DNA of 64,000 nucleotides from TPA_inf: Saccharomyces (Eukaryota): assembly GCA_000146045.2 (NCBI GenBank), contig BK006941.2:224001-288000 (forward strand), written 5' to 3'. A program made the translations under genes and the position numbers. Positions 46,269 to 54,945 of this stretch are shown piece by piece. Under the pieces are notes generated by a model. It was given only the letters and a program-made list of their open reading frames with translations, was not told the origin of the DNA and ran no database searches. Position 1 is the first letter of the stretch. Each line of letters starts with the position of its first letter.

Positions 46269-46332
46269 CATATATATATACATATATATATGTATATATG
46301 TGATATATATATGTGTGTGTGTGTATATATAT
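46269..46332 (+). repeat. compound (TA)n/(TG)7 microsatellite between CWC23 start and SOH1 stop
   Basis: tatatatatacatatatatatgtatatatgtgatatatatatgtgtgtgtgtgtatatatat read directly. Confidence 0.9.
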
Positions 46333-46391
46333 TCATGAGTGTATAAAATAGATATATGAATGCGTGCGAATGTAGTTATAATTAGGTGTGT

Positions 46392-46775
46392 TCAGTTGGC
46401 CCATCTTTCTACCATTTCATTCATCCATTGCGGGCCTTGTAATTGAATGATCTTGGGCAGCTCGTCTAGCCCTTCCAGCAGGCCATCTTCATTAACGATC
46501 GCCGACTCCATGAACCCGTTCAACAGCTTTAAAATGAAGAGACAGTTTGGATACACAATGCATTGCGAATAAGGGGGGTTGCACCAGTACTCCAGGTATT
46601 TCAAGTAGTTTTTGAAGTTAGGAGACTTCCAGATCTGCTGTTGAGTGAGTAAGTACGTTACGTATTGGATGTTTGCCAGTGACTGGATAAATTCGAGCTC
46701 CACTTCGAACCTCGTGGGGAGAGGATTTTGATCCGAGGAAGGTGTCGCTGGTGCGTTTCCATTAGTGCTTGACAT
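46392..46775 (-). CDS. SOH1: Mediator subunit Med31 (127 aa)
   Basis: ORF 46392..46775 - MSSTNGNAPATPSSDQNPLPTRFEVELEFIQSLANIQYVTYL... is the conserved Med31/Soh1 fold. Confidence 0.93.
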   Translation of the reverse strand: MSSTNGNAPATPSSDQNPLPTRFEVELEFIQSLANIQYVTYLLTQQQIWKSPNFKNYLKYLEYWCNPPYSQCIVYPNCLFILKLLNGFMESAIVNEDGLLEGLDELPKIIQLQGPQWMNEMVERWAN

Positions 46776-46996
46776 CCTGGGTGGAGCTTGGGGGAACTTT
46801 GCCGTCTTATGAGTGCTATAAGTTTTGGCTTACTTTGCCTCATTTTTCCTGCATTTCTTTTTCTTTTTCATCCTTTAAGAACACGTTAGCGGGAAAACCG
46901 TGAAATAAAATACAAAACGAACTGTTCGAAAAAAGCCAAAGGGGAAACGCCTAAAACTCCACTGAAACCAGCTATAAAGCACGGCATATTACAACA

Positions 46997-48139
46997 ATGT
47001 CTAGCAAATGGTTTAATGCTATACACCTACTGGTGTGCCCGTTGACGGTACTGGTAGGATATCTCATGAACGCGTATGGCTACGGTGCGGCGCTGCAAGC
47101 AACCCTGAATAAGGATGGTCTGGTAAATGCTATGTTGGTAAAGAAAGGGTGGTTTTGGACTTCCTTGGTCGGATGGTGGTGTATTATACGCTACCGTGCG
47201 GTGCCGGGGGCAACCGGCAGAGACCGAAGACACATTGTCCAGTCATTCAAAAGGTATGCCATACTGACAGTGTGGTGGTACGTATTCACGCAAGGTATAT
47301 GGTTTGGCGTAGGCCCCATCATGGACTTGGTATTCGTATATACGGGTGGCCATTGTCACTATGACGTCTTCGATGATGCAGGTCACGTGAACGAAGACTT
47401 CCAGGGTTCTGTCACCCGGACTAATCGCGCGTTGGCGCTCATTCACAATGTCCTCACTTTGCACGGACACCACCAAGAACACCGTCAGCAACAACTCTGG
47501 GACCGCTCCATAGGGTCGATCCAGGGCGCCCTGCAGGCGACGCAACCGAAAACCCCAAAAAACGTAACGGCCAGCGCTGCCGCTGCCATCAATACTTTTA
47601 TTCATGACCAGATGCACAGGTGGCAAGGTCCGTTAACCACCTCGGCACAGTGCAGACGTTTTGGAGGCCATTGGGCTGGAGGACACGATCCATCCGGGCA
47701 CGTGTTCTTGGCCACCTTGATGTGCATGTTTCTTCTAGGTGAGCTACGTGTGTTTGGGCGTCGTGCACTGGCTCACTTGTACGCGCAGAAATGGCAGCTT
47801 GTACGATTGGTGACCCGCCTTTTCGACACTGGACCGCTATGGACGTGGCGGCGGTGTGGCGGCGGCTCAATGACCTGTGGCGCCCGTTTGTGGCGTGCGA
47901 TAGTCGAGCCGCCTGTCACGTGCGCGGCCGCCCTGCTCCGTTTGACGCGATGCATAGCATGCGACCACCCAGTAATCATACTGCTGACGCTATTGGTCAC
48001 GTGGTTATGGCAGCTGCTGTTGACTGCGGTGGCGTCCCGTTTCCACACCGTACGTGAGCACATGTCTGGATTGCTAGCTGCGTACATAGTGACAGGCCTT
48101 GTCTACGCTCGCGACGCAGCCGCGCTACGTCCAGTATGA
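46997..48139 (+). CDS. SCS3: FIT-family (fat storage-inducing transmembrane) ER membrane protein, 380 aa
   Basis: ORF 46997..48139 +. Multi-TM protein rich in W/R/A/G. The gene is unusually GC-rich for yeast (see findings). Matches YGL126W. Confidence 0.88.
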   Translation: MSSKWFNAIHLLVCPLTVLVGYLMNAYGYGAALQATLNKDGLVNAMLVKKGWFWTSLVGWWCIIRYRAVPGATGRDRRHIVQSFKRYAILTVWWYVFTQGIWFGVGPIMDLVFVYTGGHCHYDVFDDAGHVNEDFQGSVTRTNRALALIHNVLTLHGHHQEHRQQQLWDRSIGSIQGALQATQPKTPKNVTASAAAAINTFIHDQMHRWQGPLTTSAQCRRFGGHWAGGHDPSGHVFLATLMCMFLLGELRVFGRRALAHLYAQKWQLVRLVTRLFDTGPLWTWRRCGGGSMTCGARLWRAIVEPPVTCAAALLRLTRCIACDHPVIILLTLLVTWLWQLLLTAVASRFHTVREHMSGLLAAYIVTGLVYARDAAALRPV

Positions 48140-48291
48140 CTCAGGAAAAGTTGGCGATAGACCACGAGCGACTGAAAAAATAACAGCGACTTTTCTCCCG
48201 GTAGCGGGCCGTCGTTTAGTCATTCTATCCCTCGGATTATAGACTGTGAATATTGCATATGCAACTTTGACTCAAATTTTTCCAAAATTTG

Positions 48292-48356
48292 ATATATATA
48301 TATATATATATATGTTTGTATGTATATATATATATACGTATATATATCATATATAC
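48292..48356 (+). repeat. (TA)n dinucleotide microsatellite cluster in the SCS3-MET13 intergenic region (MET13 promoter)
   Basis: (AT)11 at 48292-48313, (TA)7 at 48323-48336, and more TA-rich sequence to 48356. Confidence 0.9.
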
Positions 48357-48519
48357 GAAAAGTAGAAAAAAAAAGGTGATATTTCGCTCGTGGAAAAGCT
48401 AATGCCACAGCTTGTGTTTCGTGTAGTTTGCCTTGCTCCCCTTGATTGAAATAGTCTCCCTAAACTAAAGTTATCAGCAAACAGAACCACCACAGTTACT
48501 ACTACAACCACATCGCAAT

Positions 48520-50322
48520 ATGAAGATCACAGAAAAATTAGAGCAACATAGACAGACCTCTGGCAAGCCCACTTACTCATTCGAGTACTTCGTCCCGAAG
48601 ACTACACAAGGTGTACAGAACCTGTATGACCGGATGGACCGGATGTACGAGGCTTCTTTGCCCCAATTTATTGACATCACCTGGAATGCAGGCGGTGGAC
48701 GGTTGTCACATCTGTCCACGGACTTGGTTGCGACAGCGCAGTCTGTGCTTGGTTTGGAAACGTGCATGCACCTTACCTGCACCAATATGCCCATTTCGAT
48801 GATTGACGACGCTTTAGAAAACGCTTATCACTCCGGTTGCCAGAACATCCTAGCGCTGAGAGGAGATCCTCCTAGGGACGCAGAAAACTGGACTCCCGTT
48901 GAAGGTGGCTTCCAGTATGCCAAGGACTTGATTAAGTATATCAAGTCCAAGTACGGTGACCATTTCGCTATCGGCGTTGCCGGCTACCCGGAGTGCCATC
49001 CGGAGTTGCCTAACAAAGACGTGAAGCTTGATCTCGAGTATTTGAAGCAGAAGATCGACGCCGGCGGCGACTTCATCATCACTCAGATGTTTTACGATGT
49101 TGATAATTTCATCAACTGGTGTTCCCAAGTTAGAGCTGCGGGCATGGACGTGCCCATTATTCCCGGGATCATGCCGATCACTACCTACGCGGCCTTCTTG
49201 AGAAGGGCCCAATGGGGCCAAATCTCCATCCCTCAACATTTCTCGTCCCGATTGGATCCTATCAAGGACGATGACGAGTTGGTCCGTGATATCGGAACTA
49301 ACTTGATCGTGGAAATGTGTCAAAAATTGCTCGACAGTGGTTACGTTTCTCACTTGCACATCTACACCATGAACTTGGAAAAAGCGCCTCTCATGATTCT
49401 GGAAAGATTGAACATTCTACCTACGGAATCAGAGTTCAATGCACATCCATTGGCCGTGTTGCCATGGAGAAAATCTTTGAATCCAAAGCGTAAAAACGAG
49501 GAAGTCAGACCTATCTTCTGGAAGAGAAGACCTTACTCCTATGTCGCAAGAACCTCTCAATGGGCCGTGGACGAATTCCCCAACGGTAGATTCGGTGATT
49601 CGTCTTCTCCTGCGTTCGGTGACTTGGATCTGTGTGGTTCAGACTTGATCAGGCAATCAGCGAACAAATGTCTCGAATTATGGTCCACCCCTACTTCCAT
49701 CAACGACGTCGCCTTCTTGGTCATCAACTACTTGAATGGAAACTTGAAGTGTTTACCTTGGAGTGATATCCCCATCAATGATGAAATAAATCCAATCAAA
49801 GCACACTTGATTGAGCTGAACCAGCATTCTATCATCACTATAAACTCTCAACCTCAAGTCAACGGCATTAGGTCCAATGACAAAATTCATGGTTGGGGAC
49901 CCAAGGATGGTTACGTTTACCAGAAGCAATATTTGGAATTTATGTTGCCCAAGACTAAGTTGCCCAAGTTGATTGACACCTTGAAAAACAATGAGTTCTT
50001 GACCTACTTCGCCATCGACTCTCAAGGTGACCTGCTAAGTAATCATCCAGACAACTCCAAGTCCAACGCTGTGACTTGGGGTATTTTCCCCGGCAGAGAA
50101 ATTCTTCAACCTACCATTGTCGAGAAAATTTCGTTCTTAGCGTGGAAGGAGGAGTTCTATCATATCTTGAATGAATGGAAACTAAACATGAATAAATACG
50201 ATAAACCGCATAGTGCCCAATTCATTCAGTCCTTGATTGACGATTACTGCTTGGTCAATATTGTTGACAATGACTACATTTCTCCAGATGATCAAATCCA
50301 TTCCATCCTACTAAGCCTATAA
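48520..50322 (+). CDS. MET13: methylenetetrahydrofolate reductase (600 aa): N-terminal catalytic TIM-barrel plus C-terminal regulatory domain
   Basis: ORF 48520..50322 + starts MKITEKLEQHRQTSGKPTYSFEYFVPKT..., a MTHFR catalytic domain. Matches YGL125W. Confidence 0.93.
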   Translation: MKITEKLEQHRQTSGKPTYSFEYFVPKTTQGVQNLYDRMDRMYEASLPQFIDITWNAGGGRLSHLSTDLVATAQSVLGLETCMHLTCTNMPISMIDDALENAYHSGCQNILALRGDPPRDAENWTPVEGGFQYAKDLIKYIKSKYGDHFAIGVAGYPECHPELPNKDVKLDLEYLKQKIDAGGDFIITQMFYDVDNFINWCSQVRAAGMDVPIIPGIMPITTYAAFLRRAQWGQISIPQHFSSRLDPIKDDDELVRDIGTNLIVEMCQKLLDSGYVSHLHIYTMNLEKAPLMILERLNILPTESEFNAHPLAVLPWRKSLNPKRKNEEVRPIFWKRRPYSYVARTSQWAVDEFPNGRFGDSSSPAFGDLDLCGSDLIRQSANKCLELWSTPTSINDVAFLVINYLNGNLKCLPWSDIPINDEINPIKAHLIELNQHSIITINSQPQVNGIRSNDKIHGWGPKDGYVYQKQYLEFMLPKTKLPKLIDTLKNNEFLTYFAIDSQGDLLSNHPDNSKSNAVTWGIFPGREILQPTIVEKISFLAWKEEFYHILNEWKLNMNKYDKPHSAQFIQSLIDDYCLVNIVDNDYISPDDQIHSILLSL

Positions 50323-50779
50323 TAACACAGACAACGATAACAGTTCTTTAACAGAATTGTCAACCCCCCCTCTTTGCATTACATTCAACATTACATTGCA
50401 TTTTTTTTTTTTTATTCACTATTATTATGGTTCTTCTTTTTTACCAGATTTTGCTCCTTCCTTTTCCATTGTTTTACCATTCTTTTTTAACTAGCATTTC
50501 AACATGTGTTTGGTTAACACCCCTTCTTTTTTTTCAGGAAAATCCTTTCATTTCTTCTCATACTTTCAACAAAGTTTTTTAAAGGTACTTTAAAATAGTT
50601 CAACACCCTCTTCCTTCATTTATTTATTCTCTTCATATTCAACATACTCGAAAAGGAAGAACACTAAAAGTACTTACATTTTCACATGTATGTATACCTA
50701 TATATATATATATATATACTCTTATAGATATATTTACAAATTAAAGGAAAAAATAATAAAATAACCTCCCTGTCACAAG

Positions 50780-52714
50780 TTAAAACACGGCCCCATCACT
50801 TATAAATAGTCTCGACTCGTGTTTTTGACACCAATTAGCTACTTTTCTCGCACTCTTGAATAAAACCCTTTTGTCAACAATCCCATTATTTCCAATCAGA
50901 TACAATTCAAAAGTGGGCGTCACCCACGCCATTCCTACCATATTAACCGATTCTTGTTTGAATGATGAATTTCCAATAATGTACTCATCCAATTCAGAAA
51001 AATCCATTTGTGTTTCGTCCATCGCCAAGTCCTCATTGTCTTTGGAACTCCATCTAACAAAATTTAACATAGACCTACTTAACAAATTGCCATTATCTCT
51101 CACTACCGTGCCATGTAACTGTTGGTAGTATGTCTTCAATTTCAATTCATATTCTAGCCCCTGTGAAGAATCCAGTGCGATGTTACTGTTGACTTCGAAG
51201 TGCGGCATAACATATTGAACGTTTTGCTTCGATTTATATATGAAATGATGAACCATTGGTGCTGGTATATCGCTAAGCTTGAACCCTTTTGAAGTATTTA
51301 TCTTTTTCAATAGCTTCTCTTCTTCGAGTTTAATAATCAACTCGTCACTAAACGACTTCAATGAAAAGAATGCATCCTTTTGTGCACTTATTAATACTAG
51401 TGCCGATTTCTCATTGCTGTGAGTATCATTAGGTAGAAACTTAATATAACAATAAAGAAAACCACTCGAATTGAACTTGGGAAAACAAATGGGTACCCAA
51501 AGTTCCTGAGTTTCGTCTAAATTTTGAAATTGATGAGATATTAGGCAAAATAGAAGATGTAAATCTGTAGTGTGTAAAGTATGGCCTCTGGGTCGAAGAA
51601 CACAGCACAATTTATTCTGAGGCGCAATTATCAAGCCGTACAGTAAGGTCCCCCTGGGAATGTCCTGCCTTTTCTCCAGTTGCTGTAAAACCACATTCTG
51701 CAACTTTAATCTTGAAGAATGGTTAAATGGTAAGCATTGTAAAGAGTTCAATAGTAAATCCGGGAACATTCTGTTACAGATTAGTGAACATATTTCGTCT
51801 AAATTTTCAAAATCTGTGCTTTCTAGATAATTTCTCAGGTCGAAATTTTCTCTTTTGGAAAATAACCTAAGTAATTGGCGTTCACTTAAAGACGAAAGAA
51901 TATACGAATATAAAAAATCCAACTGATTCAACAATTCGTTCGAGGACTCGCCTCTTTCGGATTGAGCCATTAGTAATATAGGTGATTTATCCAAAAAAGT
52001 AAGCCTTTTACCAGAAGTTAAAGTGGATATAGTTTTCAATTCCGATGGTCCATTGACTTGGAAGTAGCTTATTACCGTATTAACGAGCCCTGTATATGAC
52101 ATGATCTGTTCATCTTTGCCGTGCATGCAATAGATCGGTTTACCCGCTGACGTGAATATGAAGAAATTTTTGTCACAGAGAGTCTGGCTCTCATTTAACT
52201 TGCAGTTACTATTGAACTTCGAAAACTTGAATACATTAGGAATTTCGTTACTTACGTACGGCCGTCTCTGTAGTTCCGATCCTCTTATAGATGTTTCCAT
52301 AGAATATATGCTTTCGGCCAAGCGACTCCTGATGTCATTCTCGCTGTCCAAATAAGGACCGAAATCCTTTTTTGGACTGTTTAGTGCTCTCGTTGTATCA
52401 TCATTGCTCTTTGCCAAATCTGCTGACAATAAATTATTTTTAGCTTGCAATTTTTTTGTTTGCAAAGGAGATCTTCTGGATGCCAAAGATGTTGTATTCA
52501 AAGAATTTACAGAGGTAGATTTACTAACAGAATGATCATCGCATATTGGCATTGCTATAGGCGCCTTCTTGAAGAATGTTTCATCTAGATTAACCGATGT
52601 CGTTGGTTCTGAAGTCGTTGCCACGATTGGAATACCCTCAAAATTCCCACTTTTACTATGCTTCAATTGACCCTTCGGTATCTCAGCATCTAGGTAGCTT
52701 TCATTGAGATTCAT
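50780..52714 (-). CDS. MON1: Mon1, subunit of the Mon1-Ccz1 Rab7/Ypt7 GEF (644 aa)
   Basis: ORF 50780..52714 -. Ser-rich N-terminus followed by longin-domain region. Matches YGL124C. Confidence 0.9.
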   Translation of the reverse strand: MNLNESYLDAEIPKGQLKHSKSGNFEGIPIVATTSEPTTSVNLDETFFKKAPIAMPICDDHSVSKSTSVNSLNTTSLASRRSPLQTKKLQAKNNLLSADLAKSNDDTTRALNSPKKDFGPYLDSENDIRSRLAESIYSMETSIRGSELQRRPYVSNEIPNVFKFSKFNSNCKLNESQTLCDKNFFIFTSAGKPIYCMHGKDEQIMSYTGLVNTVISYFQVNGPSELKTISTLTSGKRLTFLDKSPILLMAQSERGESSNELLNQLDFLYSYILSSLSERQLLRLFSKRENFDLRNYLESTDFENLDEICSLICNRMFPDLLLNSLQCLPFNHSSRLKLQNVVLQQLEKRQDIPRGTLLYGLIIAPQNKLCCVLRPRGHTLHTTDLHLLFCLISHQFQNLDETQELWVPICFPKFNSSGFLYCYIKFLPNDTHSNEKSALVLISAQKDAFFSLKSFSDELIIKLEEEKLLKKINTSKGFKLSDIPAPMVHHFIYKSKQNVQYVMPHFEVNSNIALDSSQGLEYELKLKTYYQQLHGTVVRDNGNLLSRSMLNFVRWSSKDNEDLAMDETQMDFSELDEYIIGNSSFKQESVNMVGMAWVTPTFELYLIGNNGIVDKRVLFKSARKVANWCQKHESRLFISDGAVF

Positions 52715-53210
52715 AGTTCCGATGTACTGATTCTACGTTTGTGTACTTTGATAGACTTTTTTATTCAATTCGTATTCACTACTATCTTTGTCTCGTACCG
52801 CGGTTTTTATCCTTTATTTCAGCCCTACGAGATAGAACGATGGAGCCTAGTAATACCATTTTATGTAAGCAAAATAAGAAGAAAGACTAAAAGAATTAGG
52901 ATATGTTGTTAATCAGGGATAAAGGTACGCATACTAGCCTTACTACGTAAATATAAGGTTACGGTTTACGATCACTATTGCAAGATACTATTGTTTAGCA
53001 TTGGCAAAGACTTGACGGGAAATCTTTGATTGGGCCCAACCATATTCATTAAAGATCCGGGATGTGAGCTTGAACTGCTTTTCGACGCGAAGAAGGTTTA
53101 CACGTATTTTAGTAATTGGCTTATTCACTAAGGATTCTTAAGGTTTTCTTAATAGTTTTCTACGTCGGCATGCGATTGTTTGGTTTAGAAGACTGCTTTC
53201 TAAATATGGT

Positions 53211-53240
53211 TGGGTGTATTTAAGCTAGACCCATACACCC
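53211..53240 (+). promoter_or_regulatory. RPS2 promoter: pair of Rap1-like sites (TGGGTGTATTT inverted, and ACCCATACACC)
   Basis: ACACCC-type cores on opposite strands about 10 bp apart, ~380-400 bp upstream of the RPS2 ATG. Confidence 0.5.
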
Positions 53241-53616
53241 GCTCTATGGGATTATTTACTTGTTTGAATTTTAAGATTTGTGATAATGGAACTGGACGCA
53301 AACATTTGATGGAAAACGCATGTCATCATTAACGAGGTAACGTAGGTATCTGTCCTGCCTTAGTATTGCACGCAGCTTCCCAGGACGCCTAGCTATTTTT
53401 TCATCTATTCCCCTCTGTAGTAACGTAAGAGTTTTCAAGTTTTTAATTCAGACTTTCTCTTCCTTTGTTTCCAATTTCCTTCCTTACTGCTTGATACCTT
53501 TTCAATCCCAAAGAAACCGTGTTCTTTATATATTGTCGATTGAAAGTTACCTACATCAACTTTCCGTGTTCCATTCCGACTATAACAAACAACCAATAAG
53601 CTCAACTAATTAAGTA

Positions 53617-54381
53617 ATGTCTGCTCCAGAAGCTCAACAACAAAAGAGAGGTGGTTTCGGTGGCCGTAACAGAGGCCGTCCAAACAGAAGAGGACCAAGA
53701 AACACTGAAGAAAAGGGATGGGTTCCAGTTACCAAACTAGGTAGATTAGTCAAGGCTGGTAAGATTACCACCATTGAAGAAATCTTCTTGCACTCTTTGC
53801 CAGTCAAGGAATTCCAAATCATTGACACTTTGTTGCCAGGTTTGCAAGACGAAGTCATGAACATCAAGCCAGTTCAAAAGCAAACCAGAGCCGGTCAAAG
53901 AACCAGATTTAAGGCTGTTGTCGTTGTTGGTGACTCTAACGGTCACGTTGGTTTGGGTATCAAGACCGCCAAGGAAGTTGCTGGTGCCATCAGAGCTGGT
54001 ATCATTATTGCCAAGTTGTCCGTTATCCCAATCAGAAGAGGTTACTGGGGTACCAACTTGGGTCAACCACATTCTTTGGCCACCAAGACCACTGGTAAGT
54101 GTGGTTCCGTCACTGTTAGATTGATCCCAGCCCCAAGAGGTTCTGGTATCGTCGCTTCTCCAGCTGTCAAAAAGTTGTTGCAATTGGCTGGTGTTGAAGA
54201 TGTCTACACCCAATCTAACGGTAAGACTAGAACTTTGGAAAACACCTTGAAGGCTGCTTTCGTTGCTATTGGTAACACATACGGTTTCTTGACTCCAAAC
54301 TTGTGGGCCGAACAACCATTGCCAGTTTCTCCATTGGACATCTACTCCGATGAAGCTTCTGCTCAAAAGAAGAGATTCTAA
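53617..54381 (+). CDS. RPS2: 40S ribosomal protein S2 (uS5), 254 aa
   Basis: ORF 53617..54381 +. RGG-rich N-terminus [28 protein letters not shown], then a uS5 dsRBD-like domain. Long antisense ORF 53746..54366 arises from codon bias. Confidence 0.95.
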
Positions 54382-54778
54382 GCTTGTTGTCTACAAATTA
54401 TAAAATAGTTTTTTATAATCAACCATTAAATAATTTTGTACACTTATAATAACACTTTATTTCTCGTTCCAATTATGCGATGCATGTGCCTTCCGTTTAG
54501 AGTGAGCATTATCAAATATAAAGTCAAATCCTTTTGGCATTTATTTTGATTGAAACCCAGTCTGTCCTTAACTCTTTTGCCTATCAAACGCTGTAGGTCA
54601 CTCTTGGTACGGTACAGCGGATAGCGCTATTTATTCAGCAAGAGAAGCAAGATTAGGCGACTACAATAGATCAAAATTTTACAAGTAAAACAAGTAGGAA
54701 CAATCACTTATGCAAATGATTAATGCTGATATGTTTATTTACATCACAGTGCCCTTATGATCAGGAACTGTTTAAAAA

Positions 54779-54779
<1 letters not shown>

Positions 54780-54805
<26 letters not shown>
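54780..54805 (+). repeat. homopolymeric poly(dT)26 / poly(dA:dT) tract in the RPS2-NAB2 convergent intergenic region
   Basis: 26 consecutive T residues counted directly. Confidence 0.95.
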
Positions 54806-54810
<5 letters not shown>

Positions 54811-54945
54811 CTAAATATGTTGCTTGAATTATAAATACAATAACGGGAAAACATATGATGTGTCATGTTCAAAAAGCTTTGAATAGGTGTCTTCCATCAA
54901 AAGGGTCACAGGAACATGAATTTCGTTCCGTGATTTTAATAGTAA

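Noticed and set aside
46145-46336. 64-codon N-terminal extension of the CWC23 ORF given by the track (45293..46336).
   Set aside because: The extension translates a TA/TG microsatellite. The conserved J-domain protein starts at the Met at 46144.
47027-49359. Nine ORFs of 60-169 aa overlapping SCS3 and MET13 on both strands (e.g. 47243..47626-, 47773..48087-, 48850..49359-).
   Set aside because: They sit inside the GC-rich island where stop codons are rare and overlap well-supported genes in other frames. Their translations are Arg/Ala/Pro-rich nonsense. Compositional artefacts.
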